From Minisyncoccota bacterium (GTDB taxonomy: Bacteria > Patescibacteriota > Minisyncoccia > Phycocordibacterales > JAQTLZ01), in contig JAQTLZ010000001.1 in assembly GCA_028714635.1 (NCBI GenBank), forward strand, positions 79,650 through 143,649: 64,000 nt of DNA, written 5' to 3'. Below the pieces are notes generated by a model, which was given only the letters and a program-made list of their open reading frames with translations, made no database searches and was not told the origin of the DNA. Positions 1 through 9,869 of this stretch are shown here, in pieces; positions within the stretch are counted from its first letter, which is position 1; every line of letters begins with the position of its first letter. A program made the position numbers and the translations under genes.

Positions 1-256
1 TGATACCGCTTTGAAGCGCACTGCCGTAGCCCATATTCTTCTCATGACTTATGAGGCGCACGCGAGGTTCTCTGACCATGACCTCTCGCACAATCTCCGC
101 TGTCTTATCGGTGCTTCCATCATCAATGACAATGACTTCTGATTTTCTGATTTCAGGAATTGAGTCTATTGTTTTTATAGCATCGAGAAGTGTCTCTTTG
201 ATGTTGCCTTCTTCATTGTGAGCGGGGAAGAAAACCGATAGCGAAAATTCTTTCAT
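1..256 (-). CDS. Glycosyltransferase family 2 (5' part; runs off window start)
   Basis: Manual translation MKEFSLSVFFPAHNEEGNI...VIVIDDGSTDKTAEIV...EKNMGYGSA is a typical GT2 (DPM-synthase-like) N-terminus; not in ORF track. Confidence 0.85.
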   Translation of the reverse strand, partial: MKEFSLSVFFPAHNEEGNIKETLLDAIKTIDSIPEIRKSEVIVIDDGSTDKTAEIVREVMVREPRVRLISHEKNMGYGSALQSGI

Positions 257-331
257 GCATCTAGACTATCAGCTTTTCGGCAAATGGAATAGTCCGTGAA
301 ATCAAGCTATAATAGAGACCAAGGAAATTGT

Positions 332-2119
332 ATGCCGATTTTTTTTAACAAAATTCGCTCATTTTTTGGCGACACCACTCGTACGCAATGGGTAGTTTTT
401 GTGGCATTTGTTGTTTTTCTTTGCATCCATTTTTACCTCATGTCCCATGTGCTCTTTTTTGATTCGGGAGGATCGCTCCATAGCACTTTTTACGGCTATG
501 GCGACACCCCATATCACCTCACCCAAGTGACCAAATTTGGCTATAGTTCGCTCACAAATCTCAATGAACCGACATTTTTGGGAGAAAAACTTCACTATCC
601 ATTTTTCATCAATTTTCTAAGTGGAATGCTTGTGCGTATTACGGGTTCGCTCGTCTTCTCATTCCTTTTACCCGCGTACATTTTTATCTTTCTGAATGCT
701 TGTCTCGTCTATCAGATCTATAAAAAATGCATTGGAAAAGCGAGATACGCAGTTTTAGGACTTTTTATCTTTTTTCTCGGTACCGGATTTGCCGGATATG
801 GATTCTTGCAAAAAGCATATCAGGATAAAATGGGACCAGTAGCGCTTTTCGAATATCTTTCGCACAACAATCTTTCAACAACTGTCATATGGCAGGATGC
901 CTATCCAGAGCAGAGTGTTATCTTCGGAACTCCGATGGTGTTATCCTTTTTGCATCAAAGAGCGTTTCTTCCGGGACTTTTTGGTTTTTCTTTATTTCTT
1001 TTGTTGCTTATAAAGATGTGGCAGGAGAGGGGGCGGGTAAAACGTTCGCTAATAATCGCGACTGCGATAGTTTTTGGGATTCTGCCGATTATGCATACGC
1101 ATAGCTTTGTCTGTGCTTCGATTGTGTTCGGAGTTTTTGGACTTTTCTCACTTTTCTACAAAAGGTTCGATCTTTTCAAAAAATATCTTTTTATTGCTAT
1201 TTTGGGCGGACTTGTTGCTCTACCTCAGATCTGGTATCTCGTTGGAACCAAAACAGTTTTTAGTGCTAGCGCAACTTTTATCTCATACCGGCTTGGCTGG
1301 ATGAGCGAGCCGGCATTTGGAGGAATGAATTTTCCTACTGGCGCACCTCGCTCGATATTTTCATGGGTGTTTGTGCATTTCACCTTTCTTAATTTTGGTG
1401 CGATTCTTATTGCCTTTCTTCTCGCTTGGCTTTTGTATTTGCTTCGAAACCGGATGAATTTTGTTCGAGAGATTTTTTCTCGAGCCGAACTACCCATTTT
1501 ACTCGGATTCACTGGTCTCCTCATTTTTGTTATCGGACAGCTTTTCCGCTTTCAGCCGTGGGACTTCGATAACAATAAAATTTTCGAGTACTACCAATTT
1601 TTTGCCGTCCCATTTATCCTTTTTATACTTTCTAAAATATACGACAAGAAAAAAACTCTCGGAGTAGTTTTGCTGGTTATTTTTACAGTTCTTTCGATTT
1701 TTTCGGGTATTTTGGAGATAGTGCCAAGACTTATTAAAACAATTCCAGAAGAGCCGGTTATTTTTTCTCCCGCAGCTTTGCGTCTCGCGGATTTTATAAA
1801 AACAAATATTCCCGAGGGAGATCTTATCGTTACTGGCACGACTCATCTTAATCCTGTCGCTTCATTGGCGGGGAGAGGAGTCTTAGTTGGATATCCGGGA
1901 TGGCTTTGGACGCATGGGATTAATTACGGAGCGCGTGAGGAGGAGATAAAGAAGTTCTACGCTAATCCTTCCAAAAGCGATTTGGCGCAAAAATATAATG
2001 CAAAATATGCACTTTTCGATTCATGGTCTGTTTCAGATTTCAAAGCGGACAAGAAAAATTTCGATGCCCGCTTTCAGAAAGTATTCGAAGAGGGAGAGTA
2101 TACGCTTTATAAGATTTAG
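332..2119 (+). CDS. Polytopic membrane protein, probable GT-C-fold glycosyltransferase
   Basis: Many hydrophobic segments, YGDTPYH loop motif, C-terminal soluble domain (LAGRGVLVGYPGWLWTHG); divergent from GT2; ATG 332 chosen over GTG 296. Confidence 0.65.
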   Translation: MPIFFNKIRSFFGDTTRTQWVVFVAFVVFLCIHFYLMSHVLFFDSGGSLHSTFYGYGDTPYHLTQVTKFGYSSLTNLNEPTFLGEKLHYPFFINFLSGMLVRITGSLVFSFLLPAYIFIFLNACLVYQIYKKCIGKARYAVLGLFIFFLGTGFAGYGFLQKAYQDKMGPVALFEYLSHNNLSTTVIWQDAYPEQSVIFGTPMVLSFLHQRAFLPGLFGFSLFLLLLIKMWQERGRVKRSLIIATAIVFGILPIMHTHSFVCASIVFGVFGLFSLFYKRFDLFKKYLFIAILGGLVALPQIWYLVGTKTVFSASATFISYRLGWMSEPAFGGMNFPTGAPRSIFSWVFVHFTFLNFGAILIAFLLAWLLYLLRNRMNFVREIFSRAELPILLGFTGLLIFVIGQLFRFQPWDFDNNKIFEYYQFFAVPFILFILSKIYDKKKTLGVVLLVIFTVLSIFSGILEIVPRLIKTIPEEPVIFSPAALRLADFIKTNIPEGDLIVTGTTHLNPVASLAGRGVLVGYPGWLWTHGINYGAREEEIKKFYANPSKSDLAQKYNAKYALFDSWSVSDFKADKKNFDARFQKVFEEGEYTLYKI

Positions 2120-2124
2120 ATTGG

Positions 2125-3339
2125 ATGAAGAGTCTATTGCACTATCTAGCCGAAAAACACGAGATAATTGCAGCTTTTTTGCTTGTGATTATTTTGTCCG
2201 GCTATTTGTCATTTTTTTCACCCAAAGGACACTATGTTGTGCATGATTACACTTTTAGGATAGCGGAAGCTTTTACTCACGGTGAATTGGGAATTTCAGA
2301 GCGTCCATCCTGGCTTGGCGAACTTGTTCCGTTTCAAGGACAGTATTTTTCAGTGTTTCCTTTGGGAAGTGTTCTGGTGATGTTGCCTTGGGCTGTTCTT
2401 AAAAATTTTGATGTGATTCCTCATCAGCCAACGCAACCTCTTGTGGCAATTATCGGAATCCTTGTGACCCTATTTTCCTTTCTTCTTTGTGGTTTTTATG
2501 AGATGTCGATTTTTCGCCGTATTCTCTTTTCTTTATTTCCGATATTTGGAACATGGAGTTGGGCGAATCTTTCATTTGCCAGTTCATGGCAGTTAGCACT
2601 CGGCTTTGCGATGCTCGGCGAATTGGGAGCTCTTTATTTTACTTTTCGCAAAAAGCCTTTTTGGGCGGGGCTCTTTTTTGCACTCGCATTTGGGAATCGC
2701 ACTGAAATTATAATTACCCTGCCGATTTTTCTCTTTATTTTCTGGCGTCTATCAGATGCAACCTCACTCAAAGAGTTTCTCTGGGAGGTCGCTCCTTTTT
2801 TCTTCGTGCCCTTTGTTTTGGGAATGGCGACGTTAGGCTATAATTTTTTGAGATTTTCTTCTCCTCTTGATTTCGGGTATTCAAGAATTCCTGGAATTCT
2901 TGAAGAACCCGGATATCGTCATGGCTTCTTTTCCCTCTATGCTATACGTGAAAATTTTGAGCAGATGCTTATCCGTGGATGGAAACAAATTTCCTTTTTT
3001 CCTTATTTCATTCCAACCGGCTGGGGAGGATCTATATTTGTCTTTTGTCCTTTTCTTTTTCTTTTGTTCCGCAGAAACTCGAAGGACAAGATGATAAAAT
3101 GGTGCGCTTGGATTGCAATTTTTGTTCTGACTTTTATTCTTTGGATGCATGGAAACCCGGGTGGTTGGCAGGTTTCTTACAGATACGCAATGATTCTTAT
3201 TCCCTGGATGCTCGTTATCTTTCTTGAGAACGGGAAATCGAAACTTTCATGGGCGGAAATCGTCCTCTTCGCGGTTTCATTTTCCATTAGTGCCTACACT
3301 TTTTATGTTTTCAGCTGGACGAATCTTATGACCCCGTAG
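2125..3339 (+). CDS. Polytopic membrane protein, probable GT-C-like glycosyltransferase
   Basis: 404 aa, mostly hydrophobic with loop motifs (YNFLRFSSPLDFGY, GWQVSYRY); 5 nt after previous gene. Confidence 0.6.
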   Translation: MKSLLHYLAEKHEIIAAFLLVIILSGYLSFFSPKGHYVVHDYTFRIAEAFTHGELGISERPSWLGELVPFQGQYFSVFPLGSVLVMLPWAVLKNFDVIPHQPTQPLVAIIGILVTLFSFLLCGFYEMSIFRRILFSLFPIFGTWSWANLSFASSWQLALGFAMLGELGALYFTFRKKPFWAGLFFALAFGNRTEIIITLPIFLFIFWRLSDATSLKEFLWEVAPFFFVPFVLGMATLGYNFLRFSSPLDFGYSRIPGILEEPGYRHGFFSLYAIRENFEQMLIRGWKQISFFPYFIPTGWGGSIFVFCPFLFLLFRRNSKDKMIKWCAWIAIFVLTFILWMHGNPGGWQVSYRYAMILIPWMLVIFLENGKSKLSWAEIVLFAVSFSISAYTFYVFSWTNLMTP

Positions 3340-3345
3340 CTTGTT

Positions 3346-4350
3346 CTAGAGTGTTGTTGGAACGTAATTTGTGGGCGCCTCGGCAAGGTATTTGAGAAGC
3401 GCCTCCCGAGAGAGGAGTCCTTTCTGTGCTCCGACTTGTTGGACAACAGACATGGAGTTTATCGGTCCCCACATAAGCGCTTCGCGGATTGATTTTCCAA
3501 GAGCGAGAGCAGAAACAAATGTTGAAGCGAATGCATCGCCAGCACCAGTCCTCTGTACAGGGGGTTTGGGATCTGGATAGATCGGCATTTTGATAAACTC
3601 TTGTCCGTCATAGCAATACGCGCCTGCCGGCCCATCGGTCATTACGACGATTTTTGGCCCGAGTGCGCAGAGTCCCTCTAAAAGCGTTTTCGGATCAGCG
3701 TTTTCTTTTCCAAGAATTGTTTCAGCCTCCTCCAAATTACATATAAAAACTTCTGTTCTTTTATAAATACGAGCAAATTTTGGAACTCCAGCCTTTATTT
3801 CGAAGGTCGCTGGTTGAAAAGCCACTTTTACGCTTGGATTTTTCTCGATGAAGGTCATTATTTCCTCAATGTAATCTTCATTCTTGTGGGCGAATGAAGA
3901 GAGGTAAATCCATTTGGTATCGAGGGAGCTTGGCATTTTGCTTGGATATGTTTCGTGCTTTACCAATATTGTTCGGTCGGCATCATAACAAAGAACGAAA
4001 TCATAATTTGATGTCATGCCTTTGTGAACTCGGATAAAATCAGTCGAAACTTTGTTCTTTCTGAAAACCTGTAGCGACTCCTCGCCATTTTGATCATCAC
4101 CCGTATCAGAGATAAGCGCAGAGCAAAGTCCGAGCCGAGCCGCCGAAACTGCAGCGTTGGCTGCATTCCCGACTGCATGAATTACTTCAACTGATTCGTA
4201 AGGAATCTTGGAGCCGAAATCTATACAGAGCTTTTTGTAGCCATCGTGGGTATCATCAGGAATGATATGGGCATCTTTTAGGCGAATAAAAGCGTCGGTT
4301 GTGTTATCCCCGATTGCTACAAAATCGTAGGTTTTTTTGAAAAATGACAT
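3346..4350 (-). CDS. PfkB/ribokinase family carbohydrate kinase
   Basis: GNAANAAVSAARLG and RTGAGDAFAS PfkB signatures; start MSFFKK at 4350 avoids overlap with fba. Confidence 0.9.
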   Translation of the reverse strand: MSFFKKTYDFVAIGDNTTDAFIRLKDAHIIPDDTHDGYKKLCIDFGSKIPYESVEVIHAVGNAANAAVSAARLGLCSALISDTGDDQNGEESLQVFRKNKVSTDFIRVHKGMTSNYDFVLCYDADRTILVKHETYPSKMPSSLDTKWIYLSSFAHKNEDYIEEIMTFIEKNPSVKVAFQPATFEIKAGVPKFARIYKRTEVFICNLEEAETILGKENADPKTLLEGLCALGPKIVVMTDGPAGAYCYDGQEFIKMPIYPDPKPPVQRTGAGDAFASTFVSALALGKSIREALMWGPINSMSVVQQVGAQKGLLSREALLKYLAEAPTNYVPTTL

Positions 4351-4399
4351 GGTCAGATTATACACCATATCCCTTTTTCTTTGTGATACAATAATCCCC

Positions 4400-5281
4400 A
4401 TGATGACGCTTCGAGAAGCTATCACTGACGCAATACGAAAGAAGGTTGCCATTGGGCACTTCAACATCTCCAATCTTGAAGGATTTTGGGCTGTGTTTCG
4501 GGCTGCACAAAAATTAAATGTACCTGTCATTATCGGCGCATCGGAAGGGGAGCGGGATTTTATTGGAGTGAGACAAGTCGCGGCGCTCGTCAAAAGTGTT
4601 CGAGAGGAATTCAATTACCCAATTTATCTTAATGCTGACCATACTTATTCATTTGAAAAGGTAAAAGAGGCGATTGATGCCGGCTTTGATGCTGTAATTT
4701 ACGACGGAGCAAAGCTTTCGCTCGAAGAAAATACTGCAACAACGAAGAAGTGTGTCGAGTATGCACGTCAATGCGGGCGAGACGTACTTCTCGAAGGTGA
4801 ACTCGGATTCATCGGGCAATCTTCAAAGATTCTTGATGCGGTACCTGTGGGAGTCGGGCTTTCAGGCGACGCACTTACCAAGCCAGAAGTTGCTGCACAA
4901 TTTGTAAAAGAGACCGGAATTGATCTTTTCGCACCATCGGTAGGGAATTTTCATGGAATGGTAAAGGATAGCGGAGCAGTAAAAAAGATCGATGATGCTC
5001 GCGTCTCTGAAATTTTCAAAGCAACTGGGGTTCCTCTCGTGCTTCATGGTGGTTCGGGCACTTCCGATGAGGAATTTTTGGCGGCAATAAAAAGCGGAAT
5101 TGCAATTGTTCATATTAATACTGAACTTCGTCTCGCATATCGAAAAGGTTTGGCTTTGGCGCTTCAGGAAAATCCAGATGAAATTGCTCCCTATAAATAT
5201 CTCAAAGGCGCGCTCTTGGCGATGGAAAAGGTAGTGGAGGAGAAGCTTGCCTTGTTCAACAATCTCAATACTGCGAAGTGA
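4400..5281 (+). CDS. fba: Class II fructose-bisphosphate aldolase
   Basis: AIGHFN, LNADH, EGELG, GNFHG, LVLHGGSG, HINTELR motifs. Confidence 0.9.
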   Translation: MMTLREAITDAIRKKVAIGHFNISNLEGFWAVFRAAQKLNVPVIIGASEGERDFIGVRQVAALVKSVREEFNYPIYLNADHTYSFEKVKEAIDAGFDAVIYDGAKLSLEENTATTKKCVEYARQCGRDVLLEGELGFIGQSSKILDAVPVGVGLSGDALTKPEVAAQFVKETGIDLFAPSVGNFHGMVKDSGAVKKIDDARVSEIFKATGVPLVLHGGSGTSDEEFLAAIKSGIAIVHINTELRLAYRKGLALALQENPDEIAPYKYLKGALLAMEKVVEEKLALFNNLNTAK

Positions 5282-5505
5282 ACACGACAATAAAAATTGG
5301 GGCAACCTACCAGCATTTCAAAAATAAGAAATTGTATAAAGTGATCGCTCTCGCGAAGCACTCGGAAACCCTTGAAGATATGGTGGTGTATGAATGCCAG
5401 TATGAAAATGTAACTTCGAAGACATGGGTTCGGCCGGCTTCAATGTGGCTTGAGGAAGTCGAATATGAGGGGCTCAAACAGCCTCGATTTAAACTCATAA
5501 AATAG
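5278..5505 (+). CDS. DUF1653 domain protein
   Basis: YQHFKNKKLYKVIALAKHSETLEDMVVY...WVRPASMW...PRF pattern; GTGA overlap with fba stop. Confidence 0.85.
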   Translation: MNTTIKIGATYQHFKNKKLYKVIALAKHSETLEDMVVYECQYENVTSKTWVRPASMWLEEVEYEGLKQPRFKLIK

Positions 5506-5533
5506 CTCTATTCCTGGGTTTAAGCCGAAACTT

Positions 5534-5562
5534 GCCCGGGCACCTAATTTAGGTGCCCGGGC
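5534..5562. repeat. Perfect GC-rich palindrome abutting the rplY -35 box
   Basis: GCCCGGGCACCTAA-T-TTAGGTGCCCGGGC with 14-bp arms and no clear U-tract. Confidence 0.8.
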
Positions 5563-5591
5563 TTGCGAAGTGAGACTGGCTCTGCTATAGT
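5563..5591 (+). promoter_or_regulatory. Sigma70 promoter of leaderless rplY
   Basis: TTGCGA-17 nt-TATAGT with TG extension, 7 nt before ATG 5599. Confidence 0.65.
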
Positions 5592-5598
5592 ATCGCCC

Positions 5599-6315
5599 AT
5601 GCTCAAATTGGATGTAGAAAAGCGAGAAAGCAAGATTTCTGCGGAAAAATTGCGTGAATCTGGCAAAATGCCGGCTGTTTTTTATGGCCGCAAAGTGAAA
5701 TCTACTCCAGTTTCCGTATCTCAGAAAGAGTTTATAAAAGTGTGGAAAAAGGTTGGAGAATCTTCAGTTTTTACCGTTCAAGAAGGAAAAGAAGAGCACG
5801 ATGCTTTGATCCAAGACGTTGATCTCGATCCTATTAAAAGTACTCCTCGACACGCTGATTTTTATATCATTGAAAAAGGACAGAAGCTCAAAGTGAAAGT
5901 TCCGATTGAATTCGTAGGCGTTGCTCCGGCTGTGAAGGATCTCGCTGGTATTCTTGTGAAAGTGCTTCACGAGCTTGAACTCGAGGCGGAACCAAAAAAT
6001 CTTCCGCATGTTATTTCTGTAGATATCGCGGCGCTTGTCATGCTTGATAGCCGAATTGTAGCGAGCGATATTAAACTTCCTGCGAACGTTTCTCTTGTCA
6101 CAAAACCAGATGAGGTGGTTGCTTCAGTCGCTGTTGCTAAAGAAGAAGTCGAGGAAGCTCCAGTTGATCTTTCTGCAATTGAGATGAGTGAGACGAAAGG
6201 AATCAAACCTGATGCAGAAGGTGCTGAGGGAGCACCAGCAGAGGCAGGGAAAGCACCCGCAGGCAAGGAAGGTGGGAAACCAGAAGTGGCAAAGAAAGAG
6301 GTGAAGAAAGGGTAG
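5599..6315 (+). CDS. rplY: 50S ribosomal protein L25/general stress protein Ctc
   Basis: LRESGKMPAVFYG, HADFY, KVKVPIEFVG, LPHVISVDI; acidic/Ala tail. Confidence 0.95.
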   Translation: MLKLDVEKRESKISAEKLRESGKMPAVFYGRKVKSTPVSVSQKEFIKVWKKVGESSVFTVQEGKEEHDALIQDVDLDPIKSTPRHADFYIIEKGQKLKVKVPIEFVGVAPAVKDLAGILVKVLHELELEAEPKNLPHVISVDIAALVMLDSRIVASDIKLPANVSLVTKPDEVVASVAVAKEEVEEAPVDLSAIEMSETKGIKPDAEGAEGAPAEAGKAPAGKEGGKPEVAKKEVKKG

Positions 6316-6420
6316 GGACCCATTCCGCAAGACCTTTTGAGATAGAATTGAGACTAGGCGAAAATTATATCCAAAAGGTGTACTGCTCCTGTAAGGAGCC
6401 TGCAAAAAAATAAGAAATTT

Positions 6421-6457
6421 AAAAAGCCCCGTCTGATTTAATCAGGCGGGGCTTTTT
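6421..6457. terminator. Intrinsic (bidirectional-type) terminator
   Basis: AAAAAGCCCCGTCTGAT-TTA-ATCAGGCGGGGCTTTTT. Confidence 0.85.
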
Positions 6458-6481
6458 CTTAAAATATGTTAAAATTTGAGG

Positions 6482-7870
6482 ATGTTCTCCAGAAGAATTG
6501 CGATTTTTTCTTTAGCCACATTCCTCGTTTGGGGACTGTGTTTTCTTTCTTCTCCACACTTTGCTAGAGCAGATCTAACTGCTGATGCAGTTCAGAGACG
6601 CGAGGATGCACTTAAAGCGGAACTCGCAGCTTTGACGGCAGAAATTGCAGAGAAACAGGCGCTTCTTGATGCAAAACATGGAGAATCGGCATCGCTTCAA
6701 AGAGATGTCGCCCTTCTAAACGGTAAGATTCAAAAGGCAAAATTAAGCATCAAAGCAAGCGACATTATTCTTCAGCAATTGAATAATGATATTGGCATAA
6801 AATCAGAGACCATCTCTGCGTTGGAAGAACGTATAGCAAAAAACAAGGCATCGCTCGCCGACCTTATCCGGAAGACCAATCAGACGGAAAATAATTCGTT
6901 AGTTGAAATGATTCTCAATGATCAGACCATTTCTGATTTCGTGTCTGACATCAATGATTTCGATACTATTAAAAGTTCGCTTCGTGATCTCTATTTTGAG
7001 ATAAGCGACCAAAAGCAGACCACTGAAACTGAAAAGCAATCTCTTGAAGAAAAAAGCCAGGCGGAAGCTGACGCAAAAGCGCTTCTTGAAGCCCAAAAAC
7101 GCCAAGTAGAGCTGACAGAAAAACAAAAGAAAGATCTGCTTACCGTTACAAAATCTCAAGAGAAAAATTATGCGCTTGCTGTGGCAGCGAGACAGAAACG
7201 GGCGGCTGAAATCAGAAGCGCGCTTTTCTCTCTCCGAGATACTTCTGCGATTCCTTTCGGCACTGCACTTGAATATGCGACATTTATATCAGGGAAAACT
7301 GGTATTCGGCCGGCATTTCTCCTTGCAATCCTTACTCAAGAATCAAATCTCGGCCAGAATGTCGGTTCCTGTTTTCTCACTGATACGACGACTGGCAATG
7401 GTATCGGAGCAAATACGAGGACTCCGCAGTCTCGGGTAATGCATCCTACTCGCGATGTTCCCGTATTTCTCGGCATAACAAAGAGTCTAGGTCTTGATTT
7501 TGCAACCACGCGGGTATCTTGCTGGCAACCTATCTATAGTAAAGGAAGTCCGATCGGTTGGGGAGGAGCGATGGGACCAGCCCAATTTATTCCCTCAACT
7601 TGGAAATTATTCGTAAATCGAATCGCAGCTGTCACGGGCAATGCATTGCCGAACCCTTGGAGCCCTAAAGATGCCTTCACTGCTTCTGCACTTTATTTGA
7701 CTGATTTGGGGGCAAAAAATGGAAGCTATACAGGAGAAATGAATGCGGCTTGCAAATATTATTCAGGTTCGGGCTGTATCACTTCTTACGCAAAAAGCTA
7801 TGGCGCGCAAGTAATGGCCAAAGCAGCAAGTATTCAGGAGAACATGATCGACCCCTTGCAGAATCTTTAG
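6482..7870 (+). CDS. Secreted coiled-coil protein with C-terminal lytic transglycosylase (PcsB/CwlO-like architecture)
   Basis: Signal peptide, long coiled coil, AILTQES catalytic Glu and GAMGPAQFIPSTW SLT motif. Confidence 0.85.
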   Translation: MFSRRIAIFSLATFLVWGLCFLSSPHFARADLTADAVQRREDALKAELAALTAEIAEKQALLDAKHGESASLQRDVALLNGKIQKAKLSIKASDIILQQLNNDIGIKSETISALEERIAKNKASLADLIRKTNQTENNSLVEMILNDQTISDFVSDINDFDTIKSSLRDLYFEISDQKQTTETEKQSLEEKSQAEADAKALLEAQKRQVELTEKQKKDLLTVTKSQEKNYALAVAARQKRAAEIRSALFSLRDTSAIPFGTALEYATFISGKTGIRPAFLLAILTQESNLGQNVGSCFLTDTTTGNGIGANTRTPQSRVMHPTRDVPVFLGITKSLGLDFATTRVSCWQPIYSKGSPIGWGGAMGPAQFIPSTWKLFVNRIAAVTGNALPNPWSPKDAFTASALYLTDLGAKNGSYTGEMNAACKYYSGSGCITSYAKSYGAQVMAKAASIQENMIDPLQNL

Positions 7871-7886
7871 AGAAATGTCGAAAAAT

Positions 7887-8342
7887 CTATTTACGAATAC
7901 CAGCCATATCTGCGCGAATCATCCACACTCTTTTTCCGTCACGAATTTCTGGTGAGGGAAAGGCTCTGAATTTTGAGTCATTTGGAAAACTGGATACATA
8001 AGTTGATTGTCTGTCTGATCTCTCCTCCGGTCCACCACCAGCATCTGGCCGGAGTCCGGCTCTTTTTAGAAGCAGCACGACCTCTTCAAGAGTATCCTCT
8101 GTAGGATAGAGAACTAAAATGCCCTTTTCCTCCGGACCCGAAGGCCACTCATCCTTTTTGCCGCGAGTCAGATATTGATGGAGTTCCGTAAAAAGAGTGT
8201 CCATGTTTATCGGGTGAGCCTCGGCAATAGCGTCAGTCATTTCCTCTATTGGAATTATCTGCGTCTTCTCTCCAGATTTTTCTTCTGGAAGTTCGGGAGG
8301 TGTAACCACGTTTTCCTCATCTAGGGGTAATTCTGAATCCAT
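7887..8342 (-). CDS. Hypothetical protein
   Basis: 151-aa acidic ORF MDSELPLDEE...; CATAAT 6 nt upstream of ATG. Confidence 0.6.
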   Translation of the reverse strand: MDSELPLDEENVVTPPELPEEKSGEKTQIIPIEEMTDAIAEAHPINMDTLFTELHQYLTRGKKDEWPSGPEEKGILVLYPTEDTLEEVVLLLKRAGLRPDAGGGPEERSDRQSTYVSSFPNDSKFRAFPSPEIRDGKRVWMIRADMAGIRK

Positions 8343-8419
8343 GGCTTTATTATGAAGAAAGAGGGGAAGCCCTGCAAGCGCCCCAGCCACTTGCGGGGCT
8401 TGCCAAGTTCTGCTATATT

Positions 8420-8544
8420 AATGACTTCCATATTTGAGAGAAATGCTAGGCGCAGGTGAGCATTGTGACTAAGCTGTAGTAAACCTACTGCGCAGGAACA
8501 AGCGGAACCTGCAACAACGCAGTTCTCCAAATATGAAAGTCATT
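8420..8544 (+). other. Structured palindromic element in rpmE 5' leader (copy A)
   Basis: Outer arms ATGACTTCCATATTTGAGAGAA / TTCTCCAAATATGAAAGTCAT, inner GCAGGT/ACCTGC, TTGT/ACAA, GTAG/CTAC; core homologous to 29714-29840. Confidence 0.8.
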
Positions 8545-8545
8545 T

Positions 8546-8785
8546 ATGCAGAAAGAAATACATCCAAAATACTTTCCTGCTGCCAAGGTAAAATGCGCCT
8601 GTGGCAAGACCTACACTGTCGGTTCAACCCGAGAGACTTTTGAAGTTGAAATTTGTTCCGCTTGCCACCCATTCTATTCTGGTTCTGAAAAGATCATCGA
8701 TACTGCAGGACGAGTAGAGCGATTTAAAGCTCGAAAAGCAAAGGCCGTGGAACCCAAGAAGAAAGCGAAGGCTTCCGCTAAATAA
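8546..8785 (+). CDS. rpmE: 50S ribosomal protein L31 (Zn-binding type)
   Basis: IHPKY...CACG...EICSACHPFYSG...DTAGRVERF. Confidence 0.97.
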   Translation: MQKEIHPKYFPAAKVKCACGKTYTVGSTRETFEVEICSACHPFYSGSEKIIDTAGRVERFKARKAKAVEPKKKAKASAK

Positions 8786-8798
8786 CTGAAATTATGAA

Positions 8799-8838
8799 CG
8801 AAAAAATCCGAGGGTCTTTTGACTCGCGGATTTTTTCG
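8799..8838 (+). terminator. Probable intrinsic terminator after rpmE
   Basis: CGAAAAAATCCG..GTC-TTTT-GAC..CGGATTTTTTCG. Confidence 0.7.
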
Positions 8839-8862
8839 TCCCTTTAAGGTAAAATTATCACA

Positions 8863-9831
8863 ATGGATTTAACACCCTACAAAGAAAATCACAAAACAAG
8901 CTTTTTGGCTTCTGAATATGAACGTCTCGAAAAAGAAGAGGTGGGACTTTTGGCTATGATTGAAAAAGATCCATCATACAAAGAGCTTGCAGAAGAAGAT
9001 TTGAAAAGCTTGAGGGAACAAAAGGAAAACCTTTTGAAGCAGATGAATGAAATCGTTGAGGGAGAAAAAGTTGAGGAGGAATTTCCGAATGAGGTTGTGT
9101 TGGAAGTGCGTGCGGGAGCCGGGGGAGACGAGGCTTCTCTTTTTGCCGAGGAATTGGCGAATATGTATAAAAAATATGCTGAATCGAAAGGTTGGGTCTT
9201 TGTTCTTCTCGATGAATCCAGAACTGCACTTGGGGGCTATAAGGAAGCGACGTTTGAAATTCGCGGGAAGGAAGTCTACAAAACCATGCGATTTGAGACG
9301 GGAGTGCACCGAGTTCAGCGAGTTCCTGCAACAGAGAAAATGGGACGGGTGCATACTTCCACAGCTTCTGTCGCCGTGCTCCCGATTCGCAAGAAATCGA
9401 AAGTAATTATAAATCCAACCGATATCGAGATGGAATTTTCGAAGTCCGGAGGGAAGGGGGGACAGAACGTGAATAAAGTGGAGACTGCAGTGCGACTCGT
9501 CCACAAGCCGACAGGGCTTGAGGTGAAATGCACCAACGAGCGAAGTCAGGGCAGAAACCGGGAAAAAGCAATGTCTATGCTCATTGCCAAGCTCGAGATG
9601 CTTCAAGAAGAACAAGATGCAAAAAAGTACTCAGCAAACCGCAAAAATCAGATCGGTACCGCAGATCGTTCAGAAAAAATCCGCACCTACAATTACCCGC
9701 AAAATCGCATTACTGATCATCGTCTGAAGAAGTCGTGGTATAGTCTCGAGAAGATCATGACAGGCGAATTTGAGCCAATTGCGGAGGCTATGAATAAGGG
9801 TGAGATTGGAAATGAAGATGATGAGGGATAA
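8863..9831 (+). CDS. prfA: Peptide chain release factor 1
   Basis: [27 protein letters not shown] (PAT specificity motif), GGQ motif, [15 protein letters not shown]. Confidence 0.95.
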   Translation: MDLTPYKENHKTSFLASEYERLEKEEVGLLAMIEKDPSYKELAEEDLKSLREQKENLLKQMNEIVEGEKVEEEFPNEVVLEVRAGAGGDEASLFAEELANMYKKYAESKGWVFVLLDESRTALGGYKEATFEIRGKEVYKTMRFETGVHRVQRVPATEKMGRVHTSTASVAVLPIRKKSKVIINPTDIEMEFSKSGGKGGQNVNKVETAVRLVHKPTGLEVKCTNERSQGRNREKAMSMLIAKLEMLQEEQDAKKYSANRKNQIGTADRSEKIRTYNYPQNRITDHRLKKSWYSLEKIMTGEFEPIAEAMNKGEIGNEDDEG

Positions 9832-9869
9832 TTTGCCTTTTCATATCTAATCTGCTAGACTTTTCATCC

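Noticed and set aside
4337-4614. Long overlap between pfkB and fba ORFs
   Set aside because: Artefact of longest-ORF calling; real starts at 4350 (-) and 4400 (+) have divergent -10 boxes between them.
8420-8544. SRP (4.5S) RNA or 6S RNA
   Set aside because: No SRP helix-8 GGAA/GNRA motif and short for 6S; a homologous copy inside dnaE argues for a dispersed element. Not formally excluded without an Rfam search.
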